Shown here: one piece after another, positions 1 to 15,000 of the stretch
How the letters are laid out: each line of letters starts with the position of its first letter
Position numbering within the stretch: the stretch's first letter is position 1
Assembly: GCF_009914755.1 (NCBI RefSeq)
Contig: NC_060948.1
Length of the DNA stretch: 64,000 bases
Direction: 5' to 3' (one strand)
Source of the DNA: the human T2T-CHM13v2.0 reference genome, Homo sapiens
Made by a program: the position numbers and the translations under genes
The notes under the pieces: generated by a model
The model's input: only the letters and a program-made list of their open reading frames with translations
Told to the model about the DNA's origin: nothing
Database searches by the model: none

Positions 1-1928
1 TGGAAAGGAATGGAGTGGAATAGACTAGAGTGGAATGGAATGGACTGGAAAGCAATGGACTGGAATGGAACTTTCTTGAATGGACTGGAATCAAACGGAA
101 TGGAATGCAATGCAATCAAATGGCATGGAATAAAATAGAATGAAAGAGAATCAAATGGAATTGAATCGAATGGAATCGAATGGATTGGAAAGGAATAGAA
201 TGGAATGGAATGGAATTGACTCAAATGGAATGGACTAGAATGGAATGGATTCGAATGGAAGGCAAAGGAATGGAATCTATTGGAATGGACAGTAATGGAA
301 TGGAATGGAAGGGATTGGAATGGACTCGAATGGAATGGACTGCAATAGAAAGGATTCGAATGGAATGAAAAAGAATTGAATGGAATAGAACAGAATGGAA
401 TCAAATCGAATGAAATGGAATGGAATAGAAAGGAATGGAATGAAATGGAATGGAAAGGATTCGAATGGAATGCAATCGAATGGAATGGAATCGAACGGAA
501 TGGAATAAAATGGAAGAAAACTGGCAAGAAATGGAATCGAAATGAATGGAGTGTTATGGAACGGACTCAAAAGGAATTGAATGTAATAGAATGGAGTGGA
601 GTGGACTCGAATATAATGAACTGGAATGGAATGAAATCACATGGAATGGGAACGAATGGAATGGAATGGAAAGGAATGGAATCGAATGGAAAGGAATCGA
701 ATGGAAGGGAATGAAATTGAATCAACAGGAATGGAAGGGAATAGAATAGACGGTAATGGAATGGACTCGAATAGAATGGACACGAATGCTCAAATTGAAT
801 GGACTCGAATGGAATGGAAACAAAAGGAATGTCATCGAATGGAATTGAATCGATTGGAATGAAATCGCATAGAATGGAGTGGAATCAAATGGAATTGAAT
901 CGAAAGGAAAGGAAGCGAATGGACTGAAATGAAATGGAATGGAATTGAATGGAAAGTAATGCAATGGAATAGAATGGAACGAAATTTCACGGAATGGAAT
1001 CAAACTGAATGGAATCAAATCAATGGAATCAAATCAAATGGAATGGAAAGGAATTGAATGGAGTAGATTGGATTGGATGGGATTGGAATGAAATGTACTG
1101 GAAAGGACTCGAATTTCATGAAACGGAATGGAATGAATTGGAACGGAATGGACTCGAATGGAATGGAATGTCATGGAATGGCATCAAATGGAATGGCATC
1201 AAATGGAATGGAATCGAATGCAATGGAATGCTATGGAATGGAATGGAATGCATTGGAATGGAATGTCCTCTAATGGAATGGATTCGAGTGGAATGGAATC
1301 GAATATAATGGAGTCGAATGAAATGGAATTGAAAGGAATGGGATCGAATACAATGGAATATACTGGAATGTAATGTAATCAACTCGAATGTAATTGACTG
1401 GAAAGGAATGTACATGAATGGAATGTAATCGAATGGAAAGTAATCCAATGGAATAGAATCTAATGCAATAAAATCGACTCAGATAGAGTAGAATGTAATG
1501 GAATGGAGTGCAGTGCAATGGAATGGAATGGAATGGAATGCAATGGAATGGAATTGAATGGAATGGGATGGAATGGTATGGAATGGATAGTAATGGACTG
1601 GAATGAAATGGACTGGAAAAGAATGGACTCAAATTGAAAGGGCTCGAAAGGAATGGAGTCAAATGGAATGGTCTGGAATGGAATGAACACGAATGTAATG
1701 CAATCCAATAGAATGGAATCGAATGGCATGGAATATAAAGAAATGGAATCGAAGAGAATGGAAACAAATGGAATGGAATTGAATGGAATGGAATAGAATG
1801 GAATGGGAACGAATGGAGTGAAATTGTATGCAGTAGAAGAGAATAGACTGGAATGCAAGCGAAAGGAAAGGAATGGATTGCAATGGAATGGAATTCATTG
1901 GAATGGAAGGGAATGTAGTGTAATGGAC

Positions 1929-4900
1929 AGGCCTGGAATAAAGTGGAATGCTACGGTCTCGAATGGAATAAAAATGTATGGAATGGAATGCAATGAAACG
2001 GAATCGAATGTCATAGAATGTAATGGAATGCAAAAAAATGGAATCCAAAATCATTGACTGGAAAGGCTGGGTGTCGAAAGGAATTGACTCCAATGGAATG
2101 GAATCGAATGGAATGGAAGTGAATAGAATCGAACTAAATCGAATGGAATGGAATTCATAGGAACGGAATGGAAAGGAATGCAATGATTTGGCATGGAATG
2201 GAATCGAATGGCATCGAATGGAATGGAATGGAATGCAATGGAATGGAATGTATTAGAATGTAATGAACATTAATGGAATGTACTCGAATGGATTCGACTG
2301 GAATGGAATGTTCTGGAAGTGAATGGACTCCAATGGAATGGATTCGAAAGGAATGGAATCGAACGGAATGGAATCTAATGGAATGGAATTAAATGGAAAT
2401 GAATCAAATTGAATAGCACGGAATTGAATTGAATGGAATCGAATGCAATGGAATCTAATGAAACGGAAAGGAAAGGAATGGAATGGAATGGAATGGGCTG
2501 GAATGGAAAGGAATCGAAACGAATGGAATGGAATCGAACTGAAGATACTGGAATGGAATGCACTGGAATGGAAGGGAGTGTAATGGAAGGTTCTCGAAAA
2601 TAATGGAAGCAAATGGAATGGAATTGAATGGAACGGAATAGAGTCGAATGGAATTGAATGGAATGGAATGGACTAGAGTGAAATGGAATCGAACCACAAG
2701 GAATGGACAGGAATAGAATGGTCTCGAATTGAATGGAATCGTATGGAATGGCATCAATCGGAATGGAATGGACAGCCACGGAATGGAATGCACTCGAATG
2801 CAATGGAGTCGAAACTTATGGACTGGAATAGAATGGACTCGACTGGTACGGACTCCAATGGAATGGAATCGAATGGAAGGGATTCGAACGGAATGGACTC
2901 GAAGGGAAAAGACTGCAATGGAAAGGTCTCGAATGGAATGGAAATTAATGGAATGGAATGGAATCGAATGAAATGGAGTCAAAAGGAATGGAATCGAATG
3001 GAAAGAAATCGAATGTAATGGAATCGCAAGGAATTGATGTGAACGGAACGGAATGGAATGGAATCCAAAGGAATGGAATAGAATGGAATGGAATCGAATG
3101 GAAAGGACTCGAATGGAAATCACTCGAATAGAATGAAATTTAATAAAATAGGATCAAATGTAATTGAATGGAATGGAAAGGAATCGAAACGAAAGGAATG
3201 GAGACAGATGGAATGGAATGGAACAGAGAGCAATGGTATAGAATGGAATGGAATCATCTGGAATGGAATTGAATGGAATGGAATAATATGAAATGGAATG
3301 GAATGGAATGGAATGGAATGCCCTTGAATTAAATGGACTGGAATGGAATGGACTCGAACAGAGTGGAATGGAAAGTGTTGAGATAGAATGGAATGGACTC
3401 GTTTGGAATGGTCTAGTATGCAATGCAATCGACTGGCAGGGAATCAAAAGGAATGTAATCGAATGGATTAGACTGGAATGCAATGGACTCGAATAGATTG
3501 GAAACGGAATGCAAAGGAATGGAATGGAATAGTATGGAATGGAATGGAAAGGAATGGAGTGGAATAGACTAGAGTGGAATGGAATGGACTGGAAAGCAAT
3601 GGACTGGAATGGAACATTCTTGAATGGACTGGAATCAAACGGAATGGAATGCAATGCAATCAAATGGCATGGAATAAAATAGAATGAAAGAGAATCAAAT
3701 GGAATTGAATCAAATGGAATCGAATGGATTGGAAAGGAATAGAATGGAATGGAATGGAATGGACTCAAATGGAATGGACTAGAATGGAATGGATTCGAAT
3801 GGAAGGCAAAGGAATGGAATCTATTGGAATGGACAGTAATGGAATGGAATGGAAGGGATTGGAATGGACTCGAATGGAATGGACTGCAATAGAAAGGATT
3901 CGAATGGAATGAAAAAGAATTGAATGGAATAGAACAGAATGGAATCAAATCGAATGAAATGGAATGGAATAGAAAGGAATGGAATGAAATGGAATGGAAA
4001 GGATTCGAATGGAATGCAATCGAATGGAATGGAATCGAACGGAATGGAATAAAATGGAAGAAAACTGGCAAGAAATGGAATCGAAATGAATGGAGTGTTA
4101 TGGAACGGACTCAAAAGGAATTGAATGTAATAGAATGGAGTGGAGTGGACTCGAATATAATGGACTGGAATGGAATGAAATCACATGGAATGGGAACGAA
4201 TGGAATGGAATGGAAAGGAATGGAATCGAATGGAAAGGAATCGAATGGAAGGGAATGAAATTGAATCAACAGGAATGGAAGGGAATAGAATAGACGGTAA
4301 TGGAATGGACTCGAATAGAATGGACACGAATGCTCAAATTGAATGGACTCGAATGGAATGGAAACGAAAGGAATGTCATCGAATGGAATTGAATCGATTG
4401 GAATGAAATCGCATAGAATGGAGTGGAATCAAATGGAATTGAATCGAAAGGAAAGGAAGCGAATGGACTGAAATGAAATGGAATGGAATTGAATGGAAAG
4501 TAATGCAATGGAATAGAATGGAACGAAATTTCACGGAATGGAATCAAACTGAATGGAATCAAATCAATGGAATCAAATCAAATGGAATGGAAAGGAATTG
4601 AATGGAGTAGATTGGATTGGATGGGATTGGAATGAAATGTACTGGAAAGGACTCGAATTTCATGAAACGGAATGGAATGAATTGGAACGGAATGGACTCG
4701 AATGGAATGGAATGTCATGGAATGGCATCAAATGGAATGGCATCAAATGGAATGGAATCGAATGCAATGGAATGCTATGGAATGGAATGGAATGCATTGG
4801 AATGGAATGTCCTCTAATGGAATGGATTCGAGTGGAATGGAATCGAATATAATGGAGTCGAATGAAATGGAATTGAAAGGAATGGGATCGAATACAATGG

Positions 4901-5472
4901 AATATACTGGAATGTAATGTAATGAACTCGAATGTAATTGACTGGAATGGAATGTACATGAATGGAATGTAATCGAATGGAAAGTAATCCAATGGAATAG
5001 AATCTAATGCAATAAAATCGACTCAGATAGAGTAGAATGTAATGGAATGGAGTGCAGTGCAATGGAATGGAATGGAATGGAATGCAATGGAATGGAATGG
5101 AATGGAATGGGATGGAATGGTATGGAATGGATAGTAATGGACTGGAATGAAATGGACTGGAAAAGAATGGACTCAAATTGAAAGGGCTCGAAAGGAATGG
5201 AGTCAAATGGAATGGTCTGGAATGGAATGAACACGAATGTAATGCAATCCAATAGAATGGAATCGAATGGCATGGAATATAAAGAAATGGAATCAAAGAG
5301 AATGGAAACAAATGGAATGGAATTGAATGGAATGGAATTGAATGGAATGGGAACGAATGGAGTGAAATTGTATGCAGTAGAAGAGAATAGAATGGAATGC
5401 AAGCGAAAGGAAAGGAATGGATTGCAATGGAATGGAATTCATTGGAATGGAAGGGAATGTAGTGTAATGGAC
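1929..5472 (+). repeat. First complete DYZ1-type monomer (HaeIII/StuI site to site, 3544 bp)
   Basis: AGGCCT at 1929-1934 and again at 5473-5478. Internal landmarks (GGCTGGGTGTCG, GAACCACAAGG, GACAGCCACGG, GCCCTTGAATT, AACTGGCAAG, TGTCCTCTAAT) recur once per unit in the same order. Confidence 0.93.
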
Positions 5473-8400
5473 AGGCCTGGAATAAAGTGGAATGCTACGG
5501 TCTCGAATGGAATAAAAATGTATGGAATGGAATGCAATGAAATGGAATCGAATGTCATAGAATGTAATGGAATGCAACAAAATGGAATCCAATATCATTG
5601 ACTGGAAAGGCTGGGTGTCGAAAGGAATTGACTCCAATGGAATGGAATCGAATGGAATGGAAGTGAATAGAATCGAACTAAATCGAATGGAATGGAATTG
5701 ATAGGAACGGAATGGAAAGGAATGCAATGATTTGGCATGGAATGGAATCGAATGGCATCGAATGGAATGGAATGGAATGCAATGGAATGGAATGTATTAG
5801 AATGTAATGAACTTTAATGGAATGTACTCGAATGGATTCGACTGGAATGGAATGTTCTGGAAGTGAATGGACTCCAATGGAATGGATTCAAAAGGAATGG
5901 AATCGTACGGAATGGAATCTAATGGAATGGAATTAAATGGAAATGAATCAAATTGAATAGCACGGAATTGAATTGAATGGAATGGAATGCAATGGAATCT
6001 AATGAAACGGAAAGGAAAGGAATGGAATGGAATGGAATGGGCTGGAATGGAAAGGAATCGAAACGAATGGAATGGAATCGAACTGAAGAGACTGGAATGG
6101 AATGCACTGGAATGGAAGGGAGTGTAATGGAAGGTTCTCGAAAAAAATGGAATCGAATGGAATGGAATTGAATGGAACGGAATAGAGTCGAATGGAATTG
6201 AATGGAATGGAATGGACTAGAGTGAAATGGAATCGAACCACAAGGAATGGAGAGGAATAGAATGGTCTCGAATTGAATGGAATCGTATGGAATGGCATCA
6301 AACGGAATGGAATGGACAGCCACGGAATGGAATGCACTCGAATGCAATGGAGTCGAAACTTATGGACTGGAATAGAATGGACTCGACTGGTACGGACTCC
6401 AATGGAATGGAATCGAATGGAAGGGAATCGAACGGAATGGACTCGAAGGGAAAAGACTGCAATGGAAAGGTCTCGAATGGAATGGAAATTAATGGAATGG
6501 AATGGAATCGAATGAAATGGAGTCAAAAGGAATGGAATCGAATGGCAAGAAATCGAATGTAATGGAATCGCAAGGAATTGATGTGAACGGAACGGAATGG
6601 AATGGAATCCAAAGGAATGGAATAGAATGGAATGGAATCGAATGGAAAGGACTCGAATGGAAATCACTCGAATAGAATGCAATTTAATAAAATAGGATCA
6701 AATGTAATGGAATGGAATGGAAAGGAATCGAAACGAAAGGAATGGAGACAGATGGAATGGAATGGAACAGAGAGCAATGGTATAGAATGGAATGGAATCA
6801 TCTGGAATGGAATTGAATGGAATGGAATAATATGAAATGGAATGGAATGGAATGGAATGGAATGCCCTTGAATTAAATGGACTGGAATGGAATGGACTCG
6901 AACAGAGTGGAATGGAAAGTGTTGAGATAGAATGGAATGGACTCCTTTGGAATGGTGTAGTATGCAATGCAATCGACTGGCAGGGAATCAAAAGGAATGT
7001 AATCGAATGGATTGGACTGGAATGCAATGGACTCGAATAGATTGCAAACGGGATGCAAAGGAATGGAATGGAATAGTATGGAATGGAATGGAAAGGAATG
7101 GAGTGGAATAGACTAGAGTGGAATGGAATGGACTGGAAAGCAATGGACTGGAATGGAACTTTCTTGAATGGACTGGAATCAAACGGAATGGAATGCAATG
7201 CAATCAAATGGCATGGAATAAAATAGAATGAAAGAGAATCAAATGGAATTGAATCGAATGGAATCGAATGGATTGGAAAGGAATAGAATGGAATGGAATG
7301 GAATTGACTCAAATGGAATGGACTAGAATGGAATGGATTCGAATGGAAGGCAAAGGAATGGAATCTATTGGAATGGACTGTAATGGAATGGAATGGAAGG
7401 GATTGGAATGGACTCAAATAGAATGGACTGCAATAGAAAGGATTCGAATGGAATGAAAAAGAATTGAATGGAATAGAACAGAATGGAATCAAATCGAATG
7501 AAATGGAATGGAATAGAAAGGAATGGAATGAAATGGAATGGAAAGGATTCGAATGGAATGCAATCGAATGGAATGGAATCGAACGGAATGGAATAAAATG
7601 GAAGAAAACTGGCAAGAAATGGAATCGAAATGAATGGAGTGTTATGGAACGGACTCAAAAGGAATTGAATGTAATAGAATGGAGTGGAGTGGACTTGAAT
7701 ATAATGGACTGGAATGGAATGAAATCACATGGAATGGGAACGAATGGAATGGAATGGAAAGGAATGGAATCGAATGGAAAGGAATCGAATGGAAGGGAAT
7801 GAAATTGAATCAACAGGAATGGAAGGGAATAGAATAGACGGTAATGGAATGGACTCGAATAGAATGGACACGAATGCTCAAATTGAATGGACTCGAATGG
7901 AATGGAAACGAAAGGAATGTCATCGAATGGAATTGAATCGATTGGAATGAAATCGCATAGAATGGAGTGGAATCAAATGGAATTGAATCGAAAGGAAAGG
8001 AAGCGAATGGACTGAAATGAAATGGAATGGAATTGAATGGAAAGTAATGCAATGGAATAGAATGGAACGAAATTTCACGGAATGGAATCAAACTGAATGG
8101 AATCAAATCAATGGAATCTAATCAAATGGAATGGAAAGGAATTGAATGGAGTAGATTGGATTGGATGGGATTGGAATGAAATGTACTGGAAAGGACTCGA
8201 ATTTCATGAAACGGAATGGAATGAATTGCAACGGAAGGGACTCGAATGGAATGGAATGTCATGGAATGGCATCAAATGGAATGGCATCAAATGGAATGGA
8301 ATCGAATGCAATGGAATGGTATGGAATGGAATGGAATGCATTGGAATGGAATGTCCTCTAATGGAATGGATTCGAGTGGAATGGAATCGAATATAATGGA

Positions 8401-9036
8401 GTCGAATGAAATGGAATTGAAAGGAATGGGATCGAATACAATGGAATATACTGGAATGTAATGTAATGAACTCGAATGTAATTGACTGGAATGGAATGTA
8501 CATGAATGGAATGTAATCGAATGGAAAGTAATCCAATGGAATAGAATCTAATGCAATAAAATCGACTCAGATAGAGTAGCATGTAATGGAATGGAGTGCA
8601 GTGCAATGGAATGGAATGGAATGGAATGCAATGGAATGGAATGGAATGGAATGGAATGGAATGGGATGGGATGGGATGGAATGGTATGGAATGGATAGTA
8701 ATGGACTGGAGTGAAATGGACTGGAAAGGAATGGACTCAAATTGAAAGGGCTCGAAAGGAATGGAGTCAAATGGAATGGTCTGGAATGGAATGAACACGA
8801 ATGTAATGCAATCCAATAGAATGGAATCGAATGGCATGGAATATAAAGAAATGGAATCGGAGAGAATGGAAACAAATGGAATGGAATTTAATGGAATGGA
8901 ATTGAATGGAATGGGAAGGAATGGAGTGAAATTGTATGCAGTAGAAGGGAATAGAATGGAATGCAAGCAAAAGGAAAGGAATGGATTGGAATGGAATGGA
9001 ATTCATTGGAATGGAAGGGAATGTAGTGTAATGGAC
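5473..9036 (+). repeat. DYZ1-type monomer of 3564 bp (the canonical reported DYZ1 unit length)
   Basis: AGGCCT at 5473 and 9037, 3564 bp apart. The same length recurs at 30366-33929, 44530-48093, 51653-55216 and 58776-62339. Confidence 0.9.
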
Positions 9037-12000
9037 AGGCCTGGAATAAAGTGGAATGCTACGGTCTCGAATGGAATAAAAATGTATGGAATGGAATGCA
9101 ATGAAATGGAATCGAATGTCATAGAATGTAATGGAATGCAACAAAATGGAATCCAATATCATTGACTGGAAAGGCTGGGTGTCGAAAGGAATTGACTCCA
9201 ATGGAATGGAATCGAATGGAATGGAAGTGAATAGAATCGAACTAAATCGAATGGAATGGAATTGATAGGAACGGAATGGAAAGGAATGCAATGATTTGGC
9301 ATGGAATGGAATCGAATGGCATCGAATGGAATGGAATGGAATGCAATGGAATGGAATGTATTAGAATGTAATGAACTTTAATGGAATGTACTCGAATGGA
9401 TTCGACTGGAATGGAATGTTCTGGAAGTGAATGGACTCCAATGGAATGGATTCAAAAGGAATGGAATCGTACGGAATGGAATCTAATGGAATGGAATTAA
9501 ATGGAAATGAATCAAATTGAATAGCACGGAATTGAATTGAATGGAATGGAATGCAATGGAATCTAATGAAACGGAAAGGAAAGGAATGGAATGGAATGGA
9601 ATGGGCTGGAATGGAAAGGAATCGAAACGAATGGAATGGAATCGAACTGAAGAGACTGGAATGGAATGCACTGGAATGGAAGGGAGTGTAATGGAAGGTT
9701 CTCGAAAAAAATGGAATCGAATGGAATGGAATTGAATGGAACGGAATAGAGTCGAATGGAATTGAATGGAATGGAATGGACTAGAGTGAAATGGAATCGA
9801 ACCACAAGGAATGGACAGGAATAGAATGGTCTCGAATTGAATGGAATCGTATGGAATGGCATCAAACGGAATGGAATGGACAGCCACGGAATGGAATGCA
9901 CTCGAATGCAATGGAGTCGAAACTAATGGACTGGAATAGAATGGACTCGACTGGTACGGACTCCAATGGAATGGAATCGAATGGAAGGGAATCGAACGGA
10001 ATGGACTCGAAGGGAAAAGACTGCAATGGAAAGGTCTCGAATGGAATGGAAATTAATGGAATGGAATGGAATCGAATGAAATGGAGTCAAAAGGAATGGA
10101 ATCGAATGGCAAGAAATCGAATGTAATGGAATCGCAAGGAATTGATGTGAACGGAACGGAATGGAATGGAATCCAAAGGAATGGAATAGAATGGAATGGA
10201 ATCGAATGGAAAGGACTCGAATGGAAATCACTCGAATAGAATGCAATTTAATAAAATAGGATCAAATGTAATGGAATGGAATGGAAAGGAATCGAAACGA
10301 AAGGAATGGAGACAGATGGAATGGAATGGAACAGAGAGCAATGGTATAGAATGGAATGGAATCATCTGGAATGGAATTGAATGGAATGGAATAATATGAA
10401 ATGGAATGGAATGGAATGGAATGGAATGCCCTTGAATTAAATGGACTGGAATGGAATGGACTCGAACAGAGTGGAATGGAAAGTGTTGAGATAGAATGGA
10501 ATGGACTCCTTTGGAATGGTGTAGTATGCAATGCAATCGACTGGCAGGGAATCAAAAGGAATGTAATCGAATGGATTGGACTGGAATGCAATGGACTCGA
10601 ATAGATTGGAAACGGGATGCAAAGGAATGGAATGGAATAGTATGGAATGGAATGGAAAGGAATGGAGTGGAATAGACTAGAGTGGAATGGAATGGACTGG
10701 AAAGCAATGGACTGGAATGGAACTTTCTTGAATGGACTGGAATCAAACGGAATGGAATGCAATGCAATCAAATGGCATGGAATAAAATAGAATGAAAGAG
10801 AATCAAATGGAATTGAATCGAATGGAATCGAATGGATTGGAAAGGAATAGAATGGAATGGAATGGAATGGACTCAAATGGAATGGACTAGAATGGAATGG
10901 ATTCGAATGGAAGGCAAAGGAATGGAATCTATTGGAATGGACTGTAATGGAATGGAATGGAAGGGATTGGAATGGACTCAAATAGAATGGACTGCAATAG
11001 AAAGGATTCGAATGGAATGAAAAAGAATTGAATGGAATAGAACAGAATGGAATCAAATCGAATGAAATGGAATGGAATAGAAAGGAATGGAATGAAATGG
11101 AATGGAAAGGATTCGAATGGAATGCAATCGAATGGAATGGAATCGAACGGAATGGAATAAAATGGAAGAAAACTGGCAAGAAATGGAATCGAAATGAATG
11201 GAGTTTTATGGAACGGACTCAAAAGGAATTGAATGTAATAGAATGGAGTGGAGTGGACTCGAATATAATGGACTGGAATGGAATGAAATCACATGGAATG
11301 GGAACGAATGGAATGGAATGGAAAGGAATGGAATCGAATGGAAAGGAATCGAATGGAAGGGAATGAAATTGAATCAACAGGAATGGAAGGGAATAGAATA
11401 GACGGTAATGGAATGGACTCGAATAGAATGGACACGAATGCTCAAATTGAATGGACTCGAATGGAATGGAAACGAAAGGAATGTCATCGAATGGAATTGA
11501 ATCGATTGCAATGAAATCGCATAGAATGGAGTGGAATCAAATGGAATTGAATCGAAAGGAAAGGAAGCGAATGGACTGAAATGAAATGGAATGGAATTGA
11601 ATGGAAAGTAATGCAATGGAATAGAATGGAACGAAATTTCACGGAATGGTATCAAACTGAATGGAATCAAATCAATGGAATCTAATCAAATGGAATGGAA
11701 AGGAATTGAATGGAGTAGATTGGATTGGATGGGATTGGAATGAAATGTACTGGAAAGGACTCGAATTTCATGAAACGGAATGGAATGAATTGGAACGGAA
11801 TGGACTCGAATGGAATGGAATGTCATGGAATGGCATCAAATGGAATGGCATCAAATGGAATGGAATCGAATGCAATGGAATGCTATGGAATGGAATGGAA
11901 TGCATTGGAATGGAATGTCCTCTAATGGAATGGATTCGAGTGGAATGGAATCGAATATAATGGAGTCGAATGAAATGGAATTGAAAGGAATGGGATCGAA

Positions 12001-15000
12001 TACAATGGAATATACTGGAATGTAATGTAATGAACTCGAATGTAATTGACTGGAATGGAATGTACATGAATGGAAGGTAATCGAATGGAAAGTAATCCAA
12101 TGGAATAGAATCTAATGCAATAAAACCGACTCAGATAGAGTAGAATGTAATGTAATGGAGTGCAGTGCAATGGAATGGAATGGAATTGAATGCAATGGAA
12201 TGGAATGGAATGGAATGGAATGGAATGGAATGGAATGGAAAGGAATGGGATGGAATGGTATGGAATGGATAGTAATGGACTGGAGTGAAATGGACTGGAA
12301 AGGAATGGACTCAAATTGAAAGGGCTCGAAAGGAATGGAGTCAAATGGAATGGTCTGGAATGGAATGAACACGAATGTAATGCAATCCAATAGAATGGAA
12401 TCGAATGGCATGGAATATAAAGAAATGGATTCGAAGAGAATGGAAACAAATGGAATGGAATTGAATGGAATGGAATTGAATGGAATGGGAACGAATGGAG
12501 TGAAATTGTATGCAGTAGAAGGGAATAGAAAGGAATGCAAGCGAAAGGAAAGGAATGGATTGTAATGGAATGGAATTCATTGGAATGGAAGGGAATGTAG
12601 TGTAATGGACAGGCCTGGAATAAAGTGGAATGCTACGGTCTCGAATGGAATAAAAATGTATGGAATGGAATGCAATGAAATGGAATCGAATGTCATAGAA
12701 TGTAATGGAATGCAACAAAATGGAAACCAATATCATTGACTGGAAAGGCTGGGTGTCGAAAGGAATTGACTCCAATGGAATGGAATCGAATGGAATGGAA
12801 GTGAATAGAATCGAACTAAATCGAATGGAATGGAATTGATAGGAACGGAATGGAAAGGAATGCAATGATTTGGCATGGAATGGAATCGAATGGCATCGAA
12901 TGGAATGGAATGGAATGCAATGGAATGGAATATATTAGAATGTAATGAACTTTAATGGAATGTACTCGAATGGATTCGACTGGAATGGAATGTTCTGGAA
13001 GTGAATGGACTCCAATGGAATGGATTCAAAAGGAATGGAATCGTACGGAATGGAATCTAATGGAATGGAATTAAATGGAAATGAATCAAATTGAATAGCA
13101 CGGAATTGAATTGAATGGAATGGAATGCAATGGAATCTAATGAAACGGAAAGGAAAGGAATGGAATGGAATGGAATGGGCTGGAATGGAAAGGAATCGAA
13201 ACGAATGGAATGGAATCGAACTGAAGAGACTGGAATGGAATGCACTGGAATGGAAGGGAGTGTAATGGAAGGTTCTCGAAAAAAATGGAATCGAATGGAA
13301 TGGAATTGAATGGAACGGAATAGAGTCGAATGGAATTGAATGGAATGGAATGGACTAGAGTGAAATGGAATCGAACCACAAGGAATGGAGAGGAATAGAA
13401 TGGTCTCGAATTGAATGGAATCGTATGGAATGGCATCAAACGGAATGGAATGGACAGCCACGGAATGGAATGCACTCGAATGCAATGGAGTCGAAACTAA
13501 TGGACTGGAATAGAATGGACTCGACTGGTACGGACTCCAATGGAATGGAATCGAATGGAAGGGAATCGAACGGAATGGACTCGAAGGGAAAAGACTGCAA
13601 TGGAAAGGTCTCGAATGGAATGGAAATTAATGGAATGGAATGGAATCGAATGAAATGGAGTCAAAAGGAATGGAATCGAATGGCAAGAAATCGAATGTAA
13701 TGGAATCGCAAGGAATTGATGTGAACGGAACGGAATGGAATGGAATCCAAAGGAATGGAATAGAATGGAATCGAATCGAATGGAAAGGACTCGAATGGAA
13801 ATCACTCGAATAGAATGCAATTTAATAAAATAGGATCAAATGTAATGGAATGGAATGGAAAGGAATCGAAACGAAAGGAATGGAGACAGATGGATTGGAA
13901 TAGAACAGAGAGCAATGGTATAGAATGGAATGGAATCATCTGGAATGGAATTGAATGGAATGGAATAATATGAAATGGAATGGAATGGAATGGAATGGAA
14001 TGCCCTTGAATTAAATGGACTGGAATGGAATGGACTCGAACAGAGTGGAATGGAAAGTGTTGAGATAGAATGGAATGGACTCCTTTGGAATGGTCTAGTA
14101 TGCAATGCAATCGACTGGCAGGGAATCAAAAGGAATGTAATCGAATGGATTGGACTGGAATGCAATGGACTCGAATAGATTGCAAACGGGATGCAAAGGA
14201 ATGGAATGGAATAGTATGGAATGGAATGGAAAGGAATGGAGTGGAATAGACTAGAGTGGAATGGAATGGACTGGAAAGCAATGGACTGGAATGGAACTTT
14301 CTTGAATGGACTGGAATCAAACGGAATGGAATGCAATGCAATCAAATGGCATGGAATAAAATAGAATGAAAGAGAATCAAATGGAATTGAATCGAATGGA
14401 ATCGAATGGATTGGAAAGGAATAGAATGGAATGGAATGGAATGGACTCAAATGGAATGGACTAGAATGGAATGGATTCGAATGGAAGGCAAAGGAATGGA
14501 ATCTATTGGAATGGACTGTAATGGAATGGAATGGAAGGGATTGGAATGGACTCGAATGGAATGGACTGCAATAGAAAGGGTTCGAATGGAATGAAAAAGA
14601 ATTGAATGGAATAGAACAGAATGGAATCAAATCGAATGAAATGGAATGGAATAGAAAGGAATGGAATGAAATGGAATGGAAAGGATTCGAATGGAATGCA
14701 ATCGAATGGAATGGAATCGAACGGAATGGAATAAAATGGAAGAAAACTGGCAAGAAATGGAATCGAAATGAATGGAGTGTTATGGAACGGACTCAAAAGG
14801 AATTGAATGTAATAGAATGGAGTGGAGTGGACTCGAATATAATGGACTGGAATGGAATGAAATCACATGGAATGGGAACGAATGGAATGGAATGGAAAGG
14901 AATGGAATCGAATGGAAAGGAATCGAATGGAAGGGAATGAAATTGAATCAACAGGAATGGAAGGGAATAGAATAGACGGTAATGGAATGGACTCGAATAG

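Noticed and set aside
3141-3150. AATAAA polyadenylation-like hexamers (e.g. TAATAAAATA here; GGAATAAAG at ~1935)
   Set aside because: They are expected by one or two substitutions from GGAAT-GGAAT. No associated transcript structure can be supported from the sequence.
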